The notes beneath the pieces are model-generated. The model searched no databases. It saw nothing but the letters and a program-made list of their open reading frames with translations, and was not told where the DNA came from. 64,000 nt of DNA from a virus: the IMG/VR virus record IMGVR_UViG_3300034101_002201, positions 1 through 64,000 of that record. The stretch is one strand, 5' to 3'. Numbering within the stretch: the stretch's first letter is position 1; each line of letters starts with the position of its first letter. The position numbers were made by a program, and so were the translations under genes. Positions 47,103 to 58,156 of this stretch are shown here, one piece after another.

Positions 47103-48772
47103 TGAGAAAACCAAGAATTTTATTTTGTAGCGAAGCCACCTTTTTAAATACTGGATACGCAACATATACTAGAGAAATATTAAACTATTTATATAGTACA
47201 GGCAAGTACGATTTAGCAGAAATGTCCTGCTACGGTGAGCGAAATGATCCAAGAGCTAAAGATATACCTTGGAAATTTTATGGAGTTGTTCCAGACGCTA
47301 GTTGTTCAGAAGAAGAAAAAGCTCAATATGCACAAAATGCAACTGCACAGTTTGGAGAGTTTATATTTGAAAATGTCTGTTTAGATTTCTTGCCAGATAT
47401 CGTATGTGATATCAGAGATTTTTGGATGTTAGATTTCGCAGAGAGATCTCCATATAGGAAATATTTTAAGTGGTGCATTATGCCCACAGTAGACGCAAGA
47501 CCTCAAGCTAGACAGTGGGTATCAACATATGCTTCCGCTGACGCATGTTTGACATATTCTGAATGGGCTGGCGAAGTATTAAAACAACAATCTGGTAGTA
47601 AAATTAATTACATTGGCATTTCTCCACCGTCAGCACATCATGCCTATCAACCAATAGCAGACAAGCAAAACTTAAGACTTGCTTATGGAATAGATCCAAA
47701 CGCAAAAATTATAGGTACTGTTATGCGTAATCAAAGACGCAAGCTTTATCCAGATTTGTTTCAAGCATTCCGCACGATGTTAGACAGTATAGAAGATAGT
47801 TCTAATTACTATTTATATTGTCATACTAGTTATCCAGATCTTGGATGGGATATTCCAGAATTATTACAACAATATCAACTATCATCTAAAGTATATTTTA
47901 CATATATATGCCCACAAACAAATAAGCCGTTTGCGTCCTTGTTCAAAGGTGCCATAATCCAATCTCCATTCACTGGTCAGTTTGGTGCTTCATTATCAAA
48001 TGTAAAAAATGGTGTTGAATACGAACAATTATCAGAGATTATAAATCTGTTTGATCTATATGTACAATACGCAAACTGCGAAGGATTTGGTTTACCTCAA
48101 GTCGAAGCCGCAGCGTGTGGTATACCAATTATGGCTACAGATTATTCAGCTATGGAAAGCGTAGTAAGAAATCTAAACGGAACACCATTAACGCCAAAGG
48201 CTTTGTATAAAGAGTTAGAAACTGGATGTTTACGTGCAGTACCAGATAACCAATTGGCCGCACAAAAATTTAAAGAATTTTTCGAAAAACCAGCTAGTAT
48301 AAGAAATAAAATGGGTTTTGAGACTAGGCAGTTATTTTTACAACATTATCAATGGGATAAGAGCGGAAAAGCTTGGGAAAATTATTTTGATAGTGTTGAA
48401 ATTTCTGATACGTTTGATAATTGGAGAGGACCGGTTCAGATCAGACAACCACAACCTAAACCAACCAATTTGCCAGAAAACATTACGCATCAAGATATTG
48501 CTAAGTGGTTAATTTTAAATGTTCTGTGCGACTCAAGCAAAATTAATACATATTTTGAATCTAGACTAGTAAGAGATTTACTATATAGAAGTTCAACATC
48601 TGTAACGGGTGGTATGTACTTTAATGAAAGTTCTGCGTCTTTTGACTCTAGAACAGTTCGTAATCCATTTGATTTTGATACTGCTTATGACCACATGGTA
48701 TCACTATGTACTAGACGTAATTTTTGGGAAAATCAAAGACTAGAAATGCTAAAACGTAGAGGAATGATATGA
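47102..48772 (+). CDS. GT-B (GT4-like) glycosyltransferase
   Basis: TGYA, RNQRRK, EGFGLPQVEAAACG. Confidence 0.88.
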   Translation: MRKPRILFCSEATFLNTGYATYTREILNYLYSTGKYDLAEMSCYGERNDPRAKDIPWKFYGVVPDASCSEEEKAQYAQNATAQFGEFIFENVCLDFLPDIVCDIRDFWMLDFAERSPYRKYFKWCIMPTVDARPQARQWVSTYASADACLTYSEWAGEVLKQQSGSKINYIGISPPSAHHAYQPIADKQNLRLAYGIDPNAKIIGTVMRNQRRKLYPDLFQAFRTMLDSIEDSSNYYLYCHTSYPDLGWDIPELLQQYQLSSKVYFTYICPQTNKPFASLFKGAIIQSPFTGQFGASLSNVKNGVEYEQLSEIINLFDLYVQYANCEGFGLPQVEAAACGIPIMATDYSAMESVVRNLNGTPLTPKALYKELETGCLRAVPDNQLAAQKFKEFFEKPASIRNKMGFETRQLFLQHYQWDKSGKAWENYFDSVEISDTFDNWRGPVQIRQPQPKPTNLPENITHQDIAKWLILNVLCDSSKINTYFESRLVRDLLYRSSTSVTGGMYFNESSASFDSRTVRNPFDFDTAYDHMVSLCTRRNFWENQRLEMLKRRGMI

Positions 48773-49881
48773 AAGTATTGTATATAGGACATTACAAAGA
48801 AAATAGCGGTTGGTCTAAAGCTGCGATAGATCTTATATTATCTATTGATAGTGTTGGTATAGATATAACTTGTAGGAGTATAAAACTAACTGACAACGAA
48901 TTCACATTAAACAATAGGATATTAGAACTTGAATCTAAGCCTATAAATAATATTGATTTTTGCATACAGCACGTATTGCCTCATCATTTGGTTGGAAGTT
49001 CAAAATTTAAACGAAATATATCATATTATGTTTCTGAGTCTGATACATTGAGATATAACAATTGGCATTCCAATCTCAATTTAATGGATGAAATATGGGT
49101 TCCAAACCATACACAGCTTGAAAATATGAAAACTGATGGATTTAATAATATATCATATGTTCCTCATGCATTTGATTTATCTAAATACAACAAAAACACA
49201 GAAACAAAGATAGATTTTAGTGGAATAAATGACACATTTAAATTTTATTATATTGCAGATTTAAACGATAGAAAAAATATAGAATCTGTTATAAGATGCT
49301 TCCATAGCGAATTCCATAAATACGAGCCTGTGTCGTTGATACTAAAAATTAAAAAATTTGGAGTTAGCGGACGAGACTTGCAAAAATACATGAATGAATT
49401 GTGTAAAAGCATAAAAACTAATTTAAGAATATATCCCAAAATAGAGGATTATCATGAAGAATTAGTTATACCAGAAGACTTAAAAGATTCTGATGTGGAC
49501 GCTTTGCATAGGTCTTGCGATTGTTTGATAAACACTACTCATGGTGAGGGTTGGTCTATACCATCTTTTGATGCTATGTGTTTTGGTAAAACGCCAATAT
49601 GTGGAAATGAGGGCGGTCCAAAAGAATATATACGAGATATAAATGGCGGAACTCTAATAAATGGAGTACACGGCATTTGTGAACATTCAGATCCGGCGTT
49701 TCCAAATATTTTTACAGGTAGAGAAACTTGGTTTGTACCAGACGAAAAAGAAATTAAGTCTGCTATGAGATTTTACTATAATAATCGAGATACAATAGAC
49801 AGATCGCGTGGATTGAGAGATGCGGAAGCATTTTCATATACAAGCGTCGGTAACAGAATAAAGGAAATTCTAAATGTATAA
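48769..49881 (+). CDS. GT-B (GT4-like) glycosyltransferase
   Basis: DEIWVP, RKNI, HGEGWSIPSFDAM. Confidence 0.85.
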   Translation: MKVLYIGHYKENSGWSKAAIDLILSIDSVGIDITCRSIKLTDNEFTLNNRILELESKPINNIDFCIQHVLPHHLVGSSKFKRNISYYVSESDTLRYNNWHSNLNLMDEIWVPNHTQLENMKTDGFNNISYVPHAFDLSKYNKNTETKIDFSGINDTFKFYYIADLNDRKNIESVIRCFHSEFHKYEPVSLILKIKKFGVSGRDLQKYMNELCKSIKTNLRIYPKIEDYHEELVIPEDLKDSDVDALHRSCDCLINTTHGEGWSIPSFDAMCFGKTPICGNEGGPKEYIRDINGGTLINGVHGICEHSDPAFPNIFTGRETWFVPDEKEIKSAMRFYYNNRDTIDRSRGLRDAEAFSYTSVGNRIKEILNV

Positions 49882-50866
49882 TAATACTGTAGAAAGAATT
49901 GTTGACATTGCCAATTCAAATAAACCAATGAGATATAATATTCTTACATTTCCAACCCATGAAAGATATGAAACTCAACTGTGTAAAACTGGGCATGAAT
50001 TTTATTCTTTTACCTCTGATAGATTTAAGAGATGGAACACATCGCAGGTAGAAGTTCCTAGTAATTATCATATTTTACCCGATAATCAAGTATGTGGATA
50101 TTTGAAGTATGATTTTATCTTAGTTCAGAGTAAATTTTGGCAGTTTCAAGTTGCTCAACAAATTAATCAACAGCTAAGTATACCAATTATATGTTTAGAG
50201 CATACTCTACCAACCCCTCAAACAATGACATTTGATCAAATAAATTCAATGAGGCAGATGTCTGGCGATGTAAATATTTTTATATCTGATTTTTCTAAGA
50301 AAGCATGGAATATAAATGGGGCAGTAATACATCATGGCGTTGATACCAATGTATTCTGTAAGCAAAATATAGATAAAAAATTAGAAATATTAACGGTAGC
50401 AAATGACTTTATAAATCGTGATTATTGTTTAAATTATAGCGGATGGAAGAGAGTAACAAACGGATTAGATGTAAATATTATTGGTGACACAAAGGGGTTA
50501 TCATCACCGGCAAAATCTATTGATGAACTAGTTAATGCATATAATACTTGTTCAATATATTTTAATAGCTCTACGTTAAGTCCAATACCTATGTCTTTGT
50601 TAGAAGCTATGTCTTGCGGATGTCCAGTAGTATCAACGGCGACATGCATGATACCAGAGATAATAAAAAATGGTGAAAATGGATTTATATCTAACAATGA
50701 AGAAGAGTTAAGGTCATATATAGACTATTTATTGAACAATCCAGAGGAGCGAGAAAAGCTAGGAAATAATGCTAGACAGACCGTGATTGATAAATTTTCT
50801 GAATATGAATTCATTCAAAAATGGAACGAATTATTCGATAAAGTATATGAGGAAACAACAAAATGA
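49874..50866 (+). CDS. GT-B (GT4-like) glycosyltransferase
   Basis: HHGVD, PMSLLEAMSCGCPVV. Confidence 0.85.
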   Translation: MYNNTVERIVDIANSNKPMRYNILTFPTHERYETQLCKTGHEFYSFTSDRFKRWNTSQVEVPSNYHILPDNQVCGYLKYDFILVQSKFWQFQVAQQINQQLSIPIICLEHTLPTPQTMTFDQINSMRQMSGDVNIFISDFSKKAWNINGAVIHHGVDTNVFCKQNIDKKLEILTVANDFINRDYCLNYSGWKRVTNGLDVNIIGDTKGLSSPAKSIDELVNAYNTCSIYFNSSTLSPIPMSLLEAMSCGCPVVSTATCMIPEIIKNGENGFISNNEEELRSYIDYLLNNPEEREKLGNNARQTVIDKFSEYEFIQKWNELFDKVYEETTK

Positions 50867-51279
50867 AAATACAAATTTTGACAGATATAAAAGACTCTAT
50901 TGATGGTTTCAATCCTGTTTTTTTAAATGAGAATGGTTTATCTGCTAATATAGCAGAAAATTCTGCAACAGAAATTATTATGAATGGAACAGTTGAACTA
51001 GTTCCATATGAAAAACTAGATAATATTTTACTAGATCTTAAAAAGCTAGTAAGAAAAGGTGGAAAAATAGTAATGAATGGGGTAGATGCTAGTTGTGTGT
51101 CCAGAGATTTTGTGACCGGTATCATAGATATAAAAACATATAATGATGTGATTTTTTCTAGAATGTCAGTACATGACTCCAAACAATTGGGCAATAAATT
51201 AAAATCTCTAGGATTTGTAATTGACAAAATCTTGCTAAGAGGATCAATATATGAGCTACATGCTTCCAGACCCCAGTAA
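50863..51279 (+). CDS. Truncated/degenerate class I methyltransferase-like protein
   Basis: VELVP..LLDLKKLVRKGGKIV resembles the post-motif-II region; no clear GxG motif. Confidence 0.5.
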   Translation: MKIQILTDIKDSIDGFNPVFLNENGLSANIAENSATEIIMNGTVELVPYEKLDNILLDLKKLVRKGGKIVMNGVDASCVSRDFVTGIIDIKTYNDVIFSRMSVHDSKQLGNKLKSLGFVIDKILLRGSIYELHASRPQ

Positions 51280-51994
51280 ACAGACAAGCTGTAAAAGTTG
51301 TTCTTTTGCTGTTTATGAGGAAAAGACACAAACCGATTGCTTACATAATAGAATATCTAAATTCAAAGAAGATGTTATAGCCGCCTATGATGATGATAAG
51401 GAATTCTTTGTTATAAATAGAAAATGCAATTTCTACAGACATAAAGATTGGAACGATGGAAAGCCAGAGATAGACAAAGCTGTTAAAGAATCTTCTATAA
51501 GTTTTGATTTATTAATCGATTGTGATAACATAACTGAGTCATATATAACTAAAATAATTTCTCAGTTAAAATGTTTGAATTATCCCATAAATAGACTAAA
51601 AATAGTCTTATATCATTCCCATCTTTTAGAACAAAATAAAAGAACTTTGATATCTCAGATTTATCAAAATTTTCCACAAATAACAGCGTCGATGTTTTTT
51701 GACAAAAAGCTGTTTTTATATGAATTTCTAATGAGAACTAAAAATAGATTTCATATATTAATTGATGCAAATAATATAGATCAGATAAGTTCAGCAATTT
51801 ATGAGATCAATAATGCAATAAATACAGAGCTTTTAAGATGCACTGTCTTCAAGTTCAAAGATTCTTGTGCCATATTAAATTCACTTTATAAGATGGTATC
51901 ATTTTATATAGAAAGCGGTGAATACGTCGATATAGTAGAAAAAGTTGTTGACGAATCCAAACAGCAAGGATTATATATTGAGAAGGATACATGA
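51251..51994 (+). CDS. Hypothetical protein (Cys-rich N-terminus, possible GT-A-like remnant)
   Basis: CKSC..C..C; LNYP..KIVL. Confidence 0.6.
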   Translation: MSYMLPDPSKQTSCKSCSFAVYEEKTQTDCLHNRISKFKEDVIAAYDDDKEFFVINRKCNFYRHKDWNDGKPEIDKAVKESSISFDLLIDCDNITESYITKIISQLKCLNYPINRLKIVLYHSHLLEQNKRTLISQIYQNFPQITASMFFDKKLFLYEFLMRTKNRFHILIDANNIDQISSAIYEINNAINTELLRCTVFKFKDSCAILNSLYKMVSFYIESGEYVDIVEKVVDESKQQGLYIEKDT

Positions 51995-52728
51995 AAAAGA
52001 AAATAAAACAAAATATTCAAACTAATGAAGAATTAATTAGTATAGTTTTGTTATGCGATTTACCGGGATATAGAATGAAGTCATATGGTCCAACATCTTT
52101 AATAAGTATTCATAACAAAAAACTAATTGATTTTCAGATAGATGCTATCAAAAAAACTTTTGACAAATTTGAAATAATAATTTGTGTAGGGTTTGAAGCT
52201 GAAAAAATATGCAAATATATAAGACAAAAATACAACAATATGAGCATAAGAATAGTAGAGAATCAAAGCTTTAATTCTTCTAATTCTTACGAATCTACTA
52301 GATTATCTATCAATAACACCATGAACAAAAAAGTTTTAATATGCAATGGCGAATTATTGATAAATAAAAAAACTCTTAAATTATTAGATCTCAATAGAAC
52401 GTGTGTTCTTATTGAAAAGAGTACCTCAGAGAATCTAGACATTGGTTTAAATATGAACAGCAATAAAGAGGCACAGCACTTCTCGTTTGGTGCTTATCAA
52501 ACTTGGTCAGAAATGGTATATCTTTGTGGGAATGATGTCGTAGAGCATATAAGAAAAGTTCTTAGTCATCCAGATAGCAAAAAAAAGTTTATATTTGAGG
52601 CTCTTAATGAGTTAATTAGATCCAATTTTACTATTTTATGTATAGATAATAAGTTTCCTGTTCAAAAAATCAATAATATAAAAACCTATCACAATATAAG
52701 GGATAATAATGAGATTTTTAGTATTTGA
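51991..52728 (+). CDS. Sugar/choline-phosphate nucleotidyltransferase-like protein
   Basis: GYRMKSYGPTSLI, IIICVGF, IVEN, ICNGE (canonical residues partly degenerate). Confidence 0.7.
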   Translation: MKKKIKQNIQTNEELISIVLLCDLPGYRMKSYGPTSLISIHNKKLIDFQIDAIKKTFDKFEIIICVGFEAEKICKYIRQKYNNMSIRIVENQSFNSSNSYESTRLSINNTMNKKVLICNGELLINKKTLKLLDLNRTCVLIEKSTSENLDIGLNMNSNKEAQHFSFGAYQTWSEMVYLCGNDVVEHIRKVLSHPDSKKKFIFEALNELIRSNFTILCIDNKFPVQKINNIKTYHNIRDNNEIFSI

Positions 52729-53524
52729 TTACTCTTCGTATTGGTCTACTGAACCACACTATTTCAACGCCGCATTAAGAAATATCGGCGTAGAATCAAA
52801 TATGTGGAATACTAATCTTAGTGTATATGATAATTTTGATACATATAAACCAGACGTATTTATTGGTCATGCTCTAAATCTGCCAAGAGATTTCATTCAA
52901 TATTTAAAAGACAGTAACAACCAAGAAATTAAAGTGTTATTGAACATTAATGACATAAATGCTAATAATATTGGGCTATTAGCTGAAAGGTTAAATGAAA
53001 ATAATATTAAATTTGTATTTTTTGGTACACGCGAGACTAGTACCAGTGATATAAAATTTATCAAGATAATGCCATCGGCTGATGTATTTATACCAATTGC
53101 CAAAAAGAAGTTTGAGATTGATAAAGCTATATTCGTATCTCAAGAAGATCAAATTCCAGAATATGATGGCGTATACCATATTCTAACTAATAACCAAGCA
53201 ATAAAAGATAAAGTAGATATTTTCTTGCCTGTCTTAGAACTTAACAAACTTTTTGTCAACTACAAAGAAATTGTTTTTAAAGATGCGTCTTTCTTAGAAT
53301 CTCAGATAGTTTTTGATGCAATAAAAAATGGTAATAAAATCGTATTTGATTTTAAGAATAATAGCTATACTGACAAAATTACAGAAATTTTTAAAGGCGA
53401 AAAATTTAGTAGTTCGGTCAAAAATAGACACACATGTTTCCATAGATTAAAAACATTATTGTCTCAAATTTCACCACCAGAAGAAATACTTAGTAGACTA
53501 AACGATAGGATCAACTCGTTATGA
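52709..53524 (+). CDS. Degenerate glycosyltransferase-like protein
   Basis: KPDVFI; HTCFHRLKTLL resembles the HTY..R end of CgeB-type GTs. Confidence 0.55.
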   Translation: MRFLVFDYSSYWSTEPHYFNAALRNIGVESNMWNTNLSVYDNFDTYKPDVFIGHALNLPRDFIQYLKDSNNQEIKVLLNINDINANNIGLLAERLNENNIKFVFFGTRETSTSDIKFIKIMPSADVFIPIAKKKFEIDKAIFVSQEDQIPEYDGVYHILTNNQAIKDKVDIFLPVLELNKLFVNYKEIVFKDASFLESQIVFDAIKNGNKIVFDFKNNSYTDKITEIFKGEKFSSSVKNRHTCFHRLKTLLSQISPPEEILSRLNDRINSL

Positions 53525-54231
53525 AATTTTTACTACAATTTCCAACGCTTGGAAGACCAGAAAAATTTAGTTTTTGCTTAAAGAAGTACCTTGAGCTTTT
53601 TAGCAAAGAAAATGAATTACATTTTAATATTAATTGTGATAGCTCAGATGTTACAATGAATAATGACATAACGGTAAATACAATTAAGTATATTCTGGAT
53701 AGATATGAGAATGTTAACTACAATATAAATTTTGATGATAATACCACCAAGATCAGTGCTATAAATGATCATATTGATGATAAAGATTTTGATATAGTAA
53801 TTTGCGTGTCTGATGACATGATACCCATCAAGAGTGGATGGGACAAAATTATATCCTCAAGTATGGAAAAACACTTTCCAGATACATATGGGTGTTTACA
53901 CTTTAACGACGGCTTACAGGGAAATAATCTAATAACTTTATCCATACTTGGCAAAAAATTGTATGATTTTTTTGGATATATTTATCATCCAGATTATAAA
54001 AGTTTATATTGTGATAATGAATTCACGAATCAAGTATATTCTATGAATAAAGTAGCATATATTAATGAAATAGTTATTATGCATGAACATTATTCAAAAA
54101 ATGGCAGCATGAATCATAACGACTATGATTATGCCGCACAAAAGACCCTATCATTTGCTGGAAGAGATGCTTATGTATTCCAACAAAGAGCCGCCCTTAA
54201 CTATCCCAAGCAAAGAATTACTAATGACTAA
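53521..54231 (+). CDS. GT-A (GT2-like) glycosyltransferase
   Basis: PTLGRP, VSDDM, YCDNE, HEH. Confidence 0.8.
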   Translation: MKFLLQFPTLGRPEKFSFCLKKYLELFSKENELHFNINCDSSDVTMNNDITVNTIKYILDRYENVNYNINFDDNTTKISAINDHIDDKDFDIVICVSDDMIPIKSGWDKIISSSMEKHFPDTYGCLHFNDGLQGNNLITLSILGKKLYDFFGYIYHPDYKSLYCDNEFTNQVYSMNKVAYINEIVIMHEHYSKNGSMNHNDYDYAAQKTLSFAGRDAYVFQQRAALNYPKQRITND

Positions 54232-54859
54232 TAAGATTATATGCTTTTCACTTTGGGGTGATAATCCAAAGTATACAATGGGAGCTATAAAAAATGCCAG
54301 ATTAGCACAGGAAATTTATGAGGGCTGGAAATGCAGATTTTATATTGGAAATGACGTATCAAACAAAATTATAGATCAATTAGATTCTCTGAATTGCGAA
54401 TTGGTACATAAAGATGATACCGGATGGAATGGCATGTTTTGGAGATTTTTAGGTGCAGATTCTGAAAATATATTTCTATCCAGAGATACTGATAGTAGAT
54501 TAAATACTAGAGAAAAAGCAGCAGTTGATGAGTGGTTAAAAACCGATAAAGATTTTCATATTATGCGAGATCACCCTTATCATCAAACGGAAATATTAGG
54601 AGGAATGTGGGGTTGTAGGAATGGAATTCTAAAAGGCATAACTGAAATGATAGACACGTATGATAAAAAAGAATACGATAATGCATATCAAGTAGATCAA
54701 AATTTTTTGAGACAGGTAATTTATCCTATGATAAAGTACAATAGTACTGTGCATGATGAATTTTTTGAACGTATACCGTTTCCATCAAATGCTACTCAAC
54801 GAGCTAGATCTTATTTTGTAGGACAGGTGTATGATGAAAATGATATTCCTCAATTTTAA
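54224..54859 (+). CDS. GT-A-like putative glycosyltransferase
   Basis: FSLWG, MFWRF, SRDTDSR (DxD), MRDHPYH, GGMWG, DQNFL. Confidence 0.65.
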   Translation: MTNKIICFSLWGDNPKYTMGAIKNARLAQEIYEGWKCRFYIGNDVSNKIIDQLDSLNCELVHKDDTGWNGMFWRFLGADSENIFLSRDTDSRLNTREKAAVDEWLKTDKDFHIMRDHPYHQTEILGGMWGCRNGILKGITEMIDTYDKKEYDNAYQVDQNFLRQVIYPMIKYNSTVHDEFFERIPFPSNATQRARSYFVGQVYDENDIPQF

Positions 54860-54870
54860 AAGGATGCAAG

Positions 54871-55500
54871 ATGAATAAATTAACAGAACTTGGAGTTAGA
54901 TACGGAACTGATAAGGTGGATGGAAATCATACATTTGCTGGAGAGTGCTATACGGATGTTTATCATAGATATTTGAATCACTTGCGTGACCAAAAATTTA
55001 ATTTCTTAGAAATAGGAATAAGAGATGGTTGTTCTCTTAAAATGTGGTCAGAATATTTTCCAAAGGCTTCTATTATAGGATTAGATATTAATCCGACATG
55101 TAAACAATATGAGGGTGGAAATGTTCATGTAGAAATTGGATCTCAAAGCGATCCAGAGTTTTTACAAACATTAATTGATAAATACAAAACTTTTAATGTT
55201 ATACTTGACGATGGAAGTCATATAAATACATTAACATTAAAGTCATTTGAAATTTTAAATGATTATGCTACTGATTTCTACATCATAGAAGACTTAAGAA
55301 ATTCATATGAAAATCTTACCAATGATATCGCCGGGTGGCCGGGAATGCATTTGAACAAAGATCTAAATCCAAGAAATGATATAACAAGAACTCAGTTCAA
55401 TGATACGTTTTTAGATTTGATCAAAACAATGGATTACAGAAGTGGCAAGTATAAATCTATTAATTTTCACGCTCAGATACTTGTATTGGAGAAAATATAA
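54871..55500 (+). CDS. SAM-dependent (sugar O-)methyltransferase
   Basis: YGTDK, LEIGI, GLDI, ILDDGSH, YIIEDL. Confidence 0.85.
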   Translation: MNKLTELGVRYGTDKVDGNHTFAGECYTDVYHRYLNHLRDQKFNFLEIGIRDGCSLKMWSEYFPKASIIGLDINPTCKQYEGGNVHVEIGSQSDPEFLQTLIDKYKTFNVILDDGSHINTLTLKSFEILNDYATDFYIIEDLRNSYENLTNDIAGWPGMHLNKDLNPRNDITRTQFNDTFLDLIKTMDYRSGKYKSINFHAQILVLEKI

Positions 55501-55502
55501 TC

Positions 55503-56120
55503 ATGTTTTATTCTCAGTATGGAGAAGAAAAGATATTATCACAATTCTTTGGTGATAAAAACAACGGATTCCTAGTAGACATAGGGGCAATGGACGGAGT
55601 AACATATTCTAATTCAAGATATTTAATAGAACATAAGTCGTGGTCTGGCATACTAGTAGAACCACACCCTCTGTACTATAAAAATTTATCAGATTTGTAC
55701 AAAGACAATGATAAAATTAGTATACTGAATGTTGGATGTTTTAATGTTGAAAAAGAAGTCGATTTTTACATTTACTCTACAGGCATTGATTCGTCTGTAT
55801 CAACCATGTCTGATGTCTTTAAGAAAAGAGTCATAGACCATCATGGGGATAAATTTAGAGAAACAATAACCGTAAAAACGCAAACATTAAATAATATCAT
55901 TTCTAACAATGTCGTAGATTTTCTTTCTATAGACGCAGAAGGTGTAGATATGGAAGTTTTAGCATCAAATGATTGGACAAAGAATAGGCCAAGATTAGTT
56001 TGCGTAGAACACAGTATGGATATTAATGTACTATTAAATTTTATGATGCACATAGAATACTCTGTATACTCTAAAACTGATGGAAATACATTTTTTATTA
56101 GTTCAGAGGAAAATATATGA
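55503..56120 (+). CDS. FkbM-family methyltransferase
   Basis: YSQYGE, VDIGAMDG, SNS, LVEP, SIDAEG. Confidence 0.88.
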   Translation: MFYSQYGEEKILSQFFGDKNNGFLVDIGAMDGVTYSNSRYLIEHKSWSGILVEPHPLYYKNLSDLYKDNDKISILNVGCFNVEKEVDFYIYSTGIDSSVSTMSDVFKKRVIDHHGDKFRETITVKTQTLNNIISNNVVDFLSIDAEGVDMEVLASNDWTKNRPRLVCVEHSMDINVLLNFMMHIEYSVYSKTDGNTFFISSEENI

Positions 56121-56947
56121 AAACATTGCTGATACAAGAAGCCGGTAGACACAAAGTAAATAGCAACTTTAGAGAGTGTTTATCTTTACAGAGAGCTATG
56201 CAAGATCAAAATCATGACGCAGAAGTATGGGGGCTTGGTCATGATAACTACACTAAAACGCCAGATTGGGATTCTTATGACTTGATTATTAATTTAGAGA
56301 ATCACGATGAAACTAACTGGATTCCAGATTTATCTAAAGCAAAGACTAAAAAATTTATTTGGTCTATTGATGCACATTGTAAAGGTATTCAGAGCTATAT
56401 GAAAACATTTTATGATGGGAAATATGATCTAATATTGCAATCTACTCCAGAGTTTTTGAATGAACATAGCGTATGGTTTCCAAATTGTTATGATGATGAT
56501 TTGATAATGCCTCTTGGTATAGAAAAAAGACACGATGTAGGTTTTTGCGGTATGATAAATAATAGAGGCGGATTAATAGATATTCTAAGTTCATTTTTTG
56601 CTTTTAGATTAGATGAAAAAGTATTAGGACAAAATATGGTTCATTCTATCAATTCATACAAAGTCCACTTTAATGCTAATATTTCTATTGATATCAACTA
56701 TAGAAATTTTGAAACGATTGGATGCGGAACTTGTTTGTTGACAAATTATAACCAATATTATGATAAATTAGGATTCATAGATGGAGTGAACTGTCTAATC
56801 TATAAAGATGTAAATGAGATGATAGAGAAAATAAAAATGGCATTAAATAATGATAATCTAAGATATAATATAGAGCAGGGCGGTTTAGAACTAGCAAAAC
56901 AGCATACATACAAAAAAAGAATAAAGATTATAGAGGAGCTTTTATGA
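56117..56947 (+). CDS. CgeB-like GT-B glycosyltransferase
   Basis: DVGFCG, INYRNFETIGCG, HTYKKR. Confidence 0.8.
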   Translation: MKTLLIQEAGRHKVNSNFRECLSLQRAMQDQNHDAEVWGLGHDNYTKTPDWDSYDLIINLENHDETNWIPDLSKAKTKKFIWSIDAHCKGIQSYMKTFYDGKYDLILQSTPEFLNEHSVWFPNCYDDDLIMPLGIEKRHDVGFCGMINNRGGLIDILSSFFAFRLDEKVLGQNMVHSINSYKVHFNANISIDINYRNFETIGCGTCLLTNYNQYYDKLGFIDGVNCLIYKDVNEMIEKIKMALNNDNLRYNIEQGGLELAKQHTYKKRIKIIEELL

Positions 56948-57432
56948 ATTTAGGAATATATATTGATACTATGCTTGACACAAGTAAGCTTGAGAAAATA
57001 AATAATTTTATAGATTTTGCTATAGAAGATAGGCTTTTTGATGATATAAGTATCTTTTATGATAACATAGGGCATAATCCATTCAACACAAAATGTGGAA
57101 TGTTCAATTCAACAGAATTGTGGAGTTTCAATGGAACTCTAATAGTTATGTCTCTAGAGTCTCTAAAGACCACATTGAATATTGTTAATAACATTAACGT
57201 AATATATTACTATAATTGGGATCAAAATATTAACATTTTAGATCTAGTCATTAATTCTAGCAGAATTAAAAATATAATATGTAGGACTGAAAAAGATCAA
57301 AAGGAAATATTTAGATTAACTGGTAAGAAACCAATCGGCATATCAGACAACTTCCAAGATATACTAGAAATACTATTAAGGTGTAAAGATGAATACAAAT
57401 CAAATAATAATGATGTATACAAAGCAGCATAA
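56944..57432 (+). CDS. Hypothetical protein
   Basis: GAGGAG SD; last gene of the GT cluster. Confidence 0.65.
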   Translation: MNLGIYIDTMLDTSKLEKINNFIDFAIEDRLFDDISIFYDNIGHNPFNTKCGMFNSTELWSFNGTLIVMSLESLKTTLNIVNNINVIYYYNWDQNINILDLVINSSRIKNIICRTEKDQKEIFRLTGKKPIGISDNFQDILEILLRCKDEYKSNNNDVYKAA

Positions 57433-58156
57433 AAGTACTTACGAAATTGCTGAGACATTTAATACTTATCCAAATAGGATTCGAAGAATCCTAATAAAGA
57501 GCGGTGTATCATTAAAAACTAAAAGCGAAGCTCAAAAAAATGCTATAGATAATGGCACTGCTATACATCCAACTAGTGGAAAAAATAGAACAAAAGAAGA
57601 AAAATTAAAGATTAGTTTTGGACTTAAAAAATACTGGGAAGAAATGTCAGAAGAGATGTATGAGTCTAGAGTTGATCAATCTAAAAAAAGGTGGGAAAAA
57701 TTGTCTGAAGTTGAAAAAGATAGAATGATGAGTGCTGCTATCAAAAGCATACAAGTGGCTGGTAAAGAAGGGTCTAAACTAGAAAAATTTCTATATGAAG
57801 AAATAACCAAGGCCGGTTATTCTGTTCAGTACCATAAAAAGCATCTGATACAAAATCACAACATGGAACTGGATATGTACATACCATCACTCAAGGCTAT
57901 AATAGAGGTAGACGGCCCATCTCATTTCTTGCCAATATGGGGTGAAGAAAAGTTACAAAAACAAATAAAAGCTGATACACAAAAAAGTGGGCTTTTACTC
58001 AGCAAGGGAATGGTCATCATACGAATAAAAAACTTATCTGACTCAGTATGTTTGGCCGATAAAGAAAAGTTGAGACTTGACATTGTGAATTGCTTGGGTA
58101 CAATAGAAAAGTCGTTTCCCAAAAAAGCAGAAAGGTACATAGAGATTGAAATATGA
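57389..58156 (+). CDS. HTH + NUMOD3-like + Vsr/DUF559-like endonuclease
   Basis: STYEIAETF..RIRRIL; RTKEEKLKIS; ELDMYIP..IIEVDGPSH. Confidence 0.75.
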   Translation: MNTNQIIMMYTKQHKSTYEIAETFNTYPNRIRRILIKSGVSLKTKSEAQKNAIDNGTAIHPTSGKNRTKEEKLKISFGLKKYWEEMSEEMYESRVDQSKKRWEKLSEVEKDRMMSAAIKSIQVAGKEGSKLEKFLYEEITKAGYSVQYHKKHLIQNHNMELDMYIPSLKAIIEVDGPSHFLPIWGEEKLQKQIKADTQKSGLLLSKGMVIIRIKNLSDSVCLADKEKLRLDIVNCLGTIEKSFPKKAERYIEIEI

